Shown here: one piece after another, positions 59,079-64,000 of the stretch | Numbering within the stretch: position 1 is the first letter of the stretch | Layout of the letters: each line of letters starts with the position of its first letter | DNA from: Candidatus Eiseniibacteriota bacterium | Lineage (GTDB): Bacteria > Eisenbacteria > RBG-16-71-46 | Reading direction: 5' to 3' | DNA: 64,000 bases | Assembly (NCBI GenBank): GCA_031364845.1 | Contig: JANLWX010000065.1 | Coordinates: forward strand, 39,665-103,664 | Translations under genes and position numbers: made by a program | The notes under the pieces: model-generated | Seen by the model: only the letters and a program-made list of their open reading frames with translations | What the model was told of the DNA's origin: nothing | The model's database searches: none

Positions 59079-61340
59079 ATGAAGGTCGCGTGCATCGGCG
59101 GCGGTCCCGCCGGGCTGTTCTTCGCACTGCTGCTCAAGCGCGACGATCCGACGCATGACGTCGTGGTTTACGAGCGCAACCGCGCCGACGACACGTTCGG
59201 CTTTGGCGTCGTGTTCTCCGACGCCCCAGAAGAGGCGCTCGCGAGCGCCGACCCCGAGACGATTGCCGCGATGGCGGCGCACTGCCATCGCTGGGACGAC
59301 ATCGAGATCCACTACCAGGGCGAGACGCTGACCTCGACCGGCCATGGTTTCTCGGGGCTCTCTCGCCGCACGCTGCTCGAATTGTTGTCGGGCCGATGCC
59401 GCGCCGCAGGCGCGAAGCTGTGCTTCGAGCACGAAGTGGGTGATCCCGCAGAATTGAAAGCTGACCTCGTGTTCGTCGCCGACGGCGTGAACTCTGCGGT
59501 ACGCGAGAAATATCGCGAACACTTCCAGCCCGAAGTCGACGTGCGCCCGAACCGCTTCGTGTGGCTCGGCACCACGCGTCCGTTTCCGGCGTTCACGTTC
59601 TATTTCAAGCCGAACGAGCACGGCCTGTGGCGGGTGCACGCGTATCAATACGAACCCGACCGCTCGACGTTCATCGTCGAAGCGCGCGAGAAGACGTGGC
59701 GCGCGGCGGGGCTCGAGCACGCGACCGAACAGGACACGATCACGTTCTGCGAGCGGTTGTTCGCCGAGGAACTCGAAGGCCACAAGCTGGTCTCCAACCG
59801 CTCGATCTGGCGCAGCTTTCCGACCATCCGCAATCGGTGCTGGCATCACGGCAACATCGTTCTTGCCGGAGATGCGGCGCACACCGCGCACTTCTCGGTC
59901 GGCTCGGGCACCAAGCTCGCGATGGAAGATGCGATCGCGCTGGCCGCGGCACTCAAGACCCATCGCGACATTCCAGCAGCGCTCGCCGCTTACGAGGCCG
60001 GGCGCCGTCCCGCCGTCGAGAGCCTGCAACGTGCGGCGCAAGCGAGCCTCCAGTGGTTCGAGGACACCGAGCGCTACATGCGGCTCGAGCCGCTGCAGTT
60101 TGCGTTCGCCCTGCTCACGCGCAGCATGCGCGTGACTCACGAGAACCTGCGCGTGCGCGATCCGGAGTTCGTCACTCGAGTCGATCGCTGGTTCGCGGAG
60201 CACGCCGCGCGTCAGGCGCATCCCGAGGCCCGCGCGGCAAACATTCCGGATCCCGCACCACCGCCGATGTTCACGCCGTTCCGATTGCGCGATCTCGTGC
60301 TTGCGAACCGCGTGGCCGTTTCGCCGATGTGCCAGTACCGCGCGATCGACGGCATGCCCGACGACTGGCACATGGTGCATCTCGGATCGCGCGCGATGGG
60401 CGGTGCGGGGCTCGTGTTCGCCGAGATGACCGATGTCAGTGCCGAGGCGCGGATCTCGCCCGGCTGCACCGGGCTCTACAAACCGGAGCACGTCGTGGGA
60501 TGGCGGCGCATCGTCGACTTCGTTCACGCGCAGTCCGCAGCGAAGATCGCAATCCAACTCGGACACGCGGGCCGCAAGGCGTCGACGCGACTGCCGTGGG
60601 AAGGGGAGAACGAACCGCTCACGCGCGGAAGCTGGCCGACGCTGGCACCCTCGCCCATTCCCTACTATCCGCACAGTCCGGTGCCGCGCGAGATGACTCG
60701 TGCCGACATGGAGCAGGCGATCGCGGACTACGTGCGCGCGGCGGGCTACGCGATCGAAGCGGGCTTCGATCTGCTCGAGATCCACATGGCGCACGGCTAT
60801 CTGCTGGCGACGTTCATCTCGCCGCTCACGAACCGGCGCACCGACGCCTACGGTGGCACGCTCGAGAACCGTATGCGCTTCCCGCTCGAGATCTTCGACG
60901 CGGTGCGCGCGGTGTGGCCCGCCGAAAAACCGATGTCGGTGCGCATCTCGGCCGTGGACTGGCTGCCGGGAGGGATGGGCCCCGAGGACGCGGTGGACGT
61001 CGCGCGGCTGCTGAAGGCACATGGCTGTGACATCATCGACGTTTCGGCAGGGCAGACGGTCGCCGATCAGCGGCCGGTGTATGGACGATTGTTCCAGACG
61101 CCGTTCGCCGATCGCATCCGCCACGAAGTCGGCATCTCGACGATGGCGGTCGGAAATATTTCTTCGTACTCCGACGTGAACACGATCCTCGCCGCGGGCC
61201 GCGCTGACGTGTGCCTGCTCGCGCGTGCGCATCTGTGGGATCCGTACTGGACCCGCCATGCGGCACACGAGCTGCGATATCCGCTGCCGTGGCCGGAGTC
61301 GTACGAATCGCTCAATCGTTACCGGCCGCGTTTCACCTAG
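59079..61340 (+). CDS. Anthraniloyl-CoA monooxygenase/reductase (salicylyl-CoA 5-hydroxylase type)
   Basis: FAD monooxygenase 'GGGPAG', '[10 protein letters not shown]', '[17 protein letters not shown]' fused to an OYE-like domain 'SPMCQY', 'HMAHGYL'. Confidence 0.92.
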   Translation: MKVACIGGGPAGLFFALLLKRDDPTHDVVVYERNRADDTFGFGVVFSDAPEEALASADPETIAAMAAHCHRWDDIEIHYQGETLTSTGHGFSGLSRRTLLELLSGRCRAAGAKLCFEHEVGDPAELKADLVFVADGVNSAVREKYREHFQPEVDVRPNRFVWLGTTRPFPAFTFYFKPNEHGLWRVHAYQYEPDRSTFIVEAREKTWRAAGLEHATEQDTITFCERLFAEELEGHKLVSNRSIWRSFPTIRNRCWHHGNIVLAGDAAHTAHFSVGSGTKLAMEDAIALAAALKTHRDIPAALAAYEAGRRPAVESLQRAAQASLQWFEDTERYMRLEPLQFAFALLTRSMRVTHENLRVRDPEFVTRVDRWFAEHAARQAHPEARAANIPDPAPPPMFTPFRLRDLVLANRVAVSPMCQYRAIDGMPDDWHMVHLGSRAMGGAGLVFAEMTDVSAEARISPGCTGLYKPEHVVGWRRIVDFVHAQSAAKIAIQLGHAGRKASTRLPWEGENEPLTRGSWPTLAPSPIPYYPHSPVPREMTRADMEQAIADYVRAAGYAIEAGFDLLEIHMAHGYLLATFISPLTNRRTDAYGGTLENRMRFPLEIFDAVRAVWPAEKPMSVRISAVDWLPGGMGPEDAVDVARLLKAHGCDIIDVSAGQTVADQRPVYGRLFQTPFADRIRHEVGISTMAVGNISSYSDVNTILAAGRADVCLLARAHLWDPYWTRHAAHELRYPLPWPESYESLNRYRPRFT

Positions 61341-61387
61341 TATCGTCGCGGTTGATCACCCGGCCGAACCCGACACGAGGTGCACCA

Positions 61388-62170
61388 ATGCCTGTGACTT
61401 ACTCCAGCTACCTCAAGATCGACGAACTGCTCGCACTCCAGCAGCCGCTCTCGGACGGACCCGAGCACGACGAGACGCTGTTCATCGTGATCCATCAGGT
61501 CTACGAGCTGTGGTTCAAACAGATGCTGCACGAGATCGACTACTTGAAGACGCTGCTGGTCGCCCACGACACCCCGCGCGCGCTGCACACCTTCAAACGA
61601 CTGCTCACGATTCTCAAGGTGACGGTGGCCCAGGTCGACATCCTGGAAACCATGACGCCGCTCGAGTTCCTTTCTTTTCGCGAACGCTTGGAATCGGGCA
61701 GCGGATTCCATTCGCATCAATTCCGTGAGTTCGAGTTCGTGCTCGGCGCGCGCAATGCCGCAGCACTCGATCGCTATCCGCTGGACAGTGACGCGCGCCG
61801 CCGCATCGAGCAGCGCATGAACGAGCCCACGCTGTGGGATGCGTTCCTGCGTTTCCTCGTGGGCTCGGGCCACGCCGTGCCGGCCGCGGCACTCGATCGC
61901 GACGTGAAGCTCCCGGTTGAAGAATCGCCCGCGCTGCATCCGCTGCTGCTCGACGTCTACCGTAACGATCCCGAGGCACGCACCGTGTGCGAGCGCATGG
62001 TCGATCTCGACGAAGGTGTCCAGGAGTGGCGCTACCGTCACGTGAAGATGGTGCAGCGCACGATCGGCACGCGCATGGGCACCGGCGGTTCGGACGGCGC
62101 GGCGTATCTGATGAAGACCCTCAATCGCCCCGCGTTCCCCGACCTGTGGGCGATCCGCGCGGAGCTATGA
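61388..62170 (+). CDS. kynA: Tryptophan 2,3-dioxygenase
   Basis: 'YSSYL', 'HDETLFIVIHQVYELWFK', 'SGF.S.QFR', 'WRYRH...V.R.IG...GTGGS.G..YL'. Confidence 0.95.
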   Translation: MPVTYSSYLKIDELLALQQPLSDGPEHDETLFIVIHQVYELWFKQMLHEIDYLKTLLVAHDTPRALHTFKRLLTILKVTVAQVDILETMTPLEFLSFRERLESGSGFHSHQFREFEFVLGARNAAALDRYPLDSDARRRIEQRMNEPTLWDAFLRFLVGSGHAVPAAALDRDVKLPVEESPALHPLLLDVYRNDPEARTVCERMVDLDEGVQEWRYRHVKMVQRTIGTRMGTGGSDGAAYLMKTLNRPAFPDLWAIRAEL

Positions 62171-63396
62171 GCTCGCCCCACACGCTCGAGTCGCTCGCGC
62201 GCACGCCGAACTCGCTGGCAGCGCACTACACGCGCTTTCGCGTGAGCGAGCGGCTGCTGCTCACCGGACACTCGCATCAGGCGTGGCCCGATGTCGCGCT
62301 CGAAGGCCAGCTTGAAACGTGGACCGACGCAGCGGCGCACGTCGACGACAAGTGGGAACGCGTCGCACAGATCGGCGAGCGGTTCCGGCGCGGCTTCGCC
62401 CGGCTGATCGGTGACGATGCCGACCGCATCGTGCCCGGCACCAACACGCATGAGCTGGTGATCCGCTTCCTGTCCGCGTTGCCGCTCGAGAGTCGTCCGC
62501 GGCTCGTCACGACGGACGGCGAGTTCCACACACTGCGGCGGCAGCTCGACCGGCTCGCGGAGACCCGACGCATCGAGCTGGTCAAGATCACCGCATGGCC
62601 CGCCGCGACGCTCGCCGAGCGCATCGCGGCTGCGGTCGACGATCGCACGGCCGCCGTCTTCGTTTCCTCGGTGTTGTTCGGCAATGCGCACATCGTGCCC
62701 GGCCTGAGGTCGGTGGCGGAAGCATGTCGCCGCGCCGGCGCCGAATTGATGGCCGACTCCTACCATCATCTGAACGTCGTCCCGTTCGATCTCGAGCGCG
62801 AAGGATTGGGATCGGCGTTCGTGATCGGCGGTGGCTACAAATACTGCCAGCTCGGCGAAGGCAACGCCTTCATGCGCATCCCGCCCGGGCGCGACGAGCT
62901 GTTTCCGATCGTGACCGGATGGTTCAGCGAGTTCGCTCGAATTGCCGAGCGCCCCGGAAGTTCGGTCCCCTACGGCGATGGCATCGCGCGCTGGGCCGGC
63001 GCGACCTACGACCCCACGAGCCACTATCGCGCCGTGCGCGTGTTCGACTTCTTTGAGGCGCAGGGACTCACGGCCACGTTTCTGCGCGACGTGAGCCAGC
63101 ATCAGGTCGGAAGGCTCGCCGAGCGCTTCGATGCGCTGGAACTGGACCCGGCCACGATCATACGCGATCGCCGCGTGCCGCTCACGCAGATCGCCGGCTT
63201 CCTGGCGCTCACGAGTCCGCGTGCGGCTGAGACCTCCGCGGCGCTGAAAGTGCGCGGCGTGTGGACCGACTACCGCGGCGAAAGCCTGCGGCTCGGCCCG
63301 GCGCCGTACCTGAGCGATGCGCAGCTCGATCGAGCGATCGAAGTGCTCGGCGAAGTCGTGCGCGGACTCGAAGCGGCGGAGCGAACGCGGCACTGA
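62167..63396 (+). CDS. kynU: Kynureninase
   Basis: PLP fold 'D.YH', 'GGGYKY', 'GWF', 'D.R...LRLGP'. ATGA overlap with kynA. Confidence 0.88.
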   Translation: MSSPHTLESLARTPNSLAAHYTRFRVSERLLLTGHSHQAWPDVALEGQLETWTDAAAHVDDKWERVAQIGERFRRGFARLIGDDADRIVPGTNTHELVIRFLSALPLESRPRLVTTDGEFHTLRRQLDRLAETRRIELVKITAWPAATLAERIAAAVDDRTAAVFVSSVLFGNAHIVPGLRSVAEACRRAGAELMADSYHHLNVVPFDLEREGLGSAFVIGGGYKYCQLGEGNAFMRIPPGRDELFPIVTGWFSEFARIAERPGSSVPYGDGIARWAGATYDPTSHYRAVRVFDFFEAQGLTATFLRDVSQHQVGRLAERFDALELDPATIIRDRRVPLTQIAGFLALTSPRAAETSAALKVRGVWTDYRGESLRLGPAPYLSDAQLDRAIEVLGEVVRGLEAAERTRH

Positions 63397-63407
63397 TTCG
63401 GGTCCAC

Positions 63408-63431
63408 TCAACTGGCCCCGGGGCCAGTTGA
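63408..63431. repeat. Perfect 24-bp palindrome TCAACTGGCCCCGGGGCCAGTTGA
   Basis: Read directly. Overlaps the stop codon of the HNH-type gene. Confidence 0.9.
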
Positions 63432-63886
63432 TTTCGCCGATACCCGCGCCGATCCCACGGCAGTCTTCGAATCTGCGACGGCCTGGCGCAATGAATGGGT
63501 TCGTCCTCGCGATCCCAGGAATTTGATCGCGGCCCGCAGCCGCTCCTCGATCGAGTCGTCCGGCCGGCTCCCGCAGTGCTTGATCGCGAGCCGAGCCTGC
63601 TCCCCACGGAACCCGAGTTGTGTAAGGCAGTGAATCAGATCGAGTTCGATTTCTCGTTCGGCTGCGGCATGATCTGCGGCTTCGCTTCCGGCTGCGGCAC
63701 GCGCCTCGCTTGCGTGAGCACACTTCGTCGTCGAGTCGTCTTCCATAGTAGCGGGTGAATCGCGAGGGCCTTCAGCGGCACGTTGAGCTCGACGATTGAA
63801 TGCCGCGCGGGGTGCTTCTTCGCGCTTGTGCTGCATGAACTCGGTCCCGAATGCGCGCTCCGCTTCGTACTGATTGTGCGCTCGAC
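63408..63886 (-). pseudogene. 3' part of an HNH-endonuclease-type gene with RuvA-C-like tail, interrupted at 63886/63887
   Basis: '(C)RAHNQYEAER.FG..FM' is the end of an HNH motif and 'L..LGF....A........EE.LR.A...L' is RuvA-C-like. The upstream in-frame sequence is unrelated. Confidence 0.62.
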
Positions 63887-64000
63887 TTGCGACAGGCAAA
63901 GCCTGAGAAAGGGGGATTCGCTGATGAAGCGGTGAAACCTTTCGCTGGAACCCTGCAGGTAACCAGTCCTGCCCGGTCAAGGCTGGCAACCAACCGGAAC
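63887..64000 (+). mobile_element. Probable 5' end (domain I) of a group II intron
   Basis: Begins TTGCGAC (GUGYG-like boundary) exactly where the expected HNH Cys codon breaks. GGTGAAA.C and CCGGT...ACCGG stem elements resemble intron domain I. Confidence 0.5.

Overview
High-GC bacterial chromosome segment. The secreted-protein C-terminal motifs and gene repertoire tentatively suggest an FCB-group lineage such as Ca. Eisenbacteria (inference only). Left to right: (1) right arm of an integrative element (VirD4-like ATPase, Replic_Relax relaxase, excisionase, tyrosine integrase) ending at the 3' end of tRNA-Lys(CTT); (2) rhodanese/persulfide-dioxygenase-TusA-DsrE2 sulfur relay; (3) hisS-aspS region; (4) a degenerate PilB-like ATPase with pilT-pilU; (5) a cyanophycin locus (cphB, cphA and a CphA paralogue lacking the ATP-grasp domain), split by a toxin-antitoxin islet containing a frameshifted relE; (6) cell-wall enzymes; (7) a ~10 kb defence island (type III-like res-mod, RelE-UvrD helicase, small protein plus membrane protein pair); (8) an amidohydrolase pair; (9) a RAPP-motif Cys-rich leader gene whose 3' end can base-pair over the start of a 52-aa Cys-rich secreted peptide gene (candidate ribosome-stalling metal switch, the top finding); (10) ychF; (11) a Trp -> anthranilate -> anthraniloyl-CoA catabolic cluster that lacks kynB but is headed by a creatininase-family gene; (12) an HNH-type gene ending in a 24-bp palindrome and apparently interrupted by the 5' end of a group II intron. 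No CRISPR array or rRNA was seen. All family calls come from motif recognition by eye, not from database searches.
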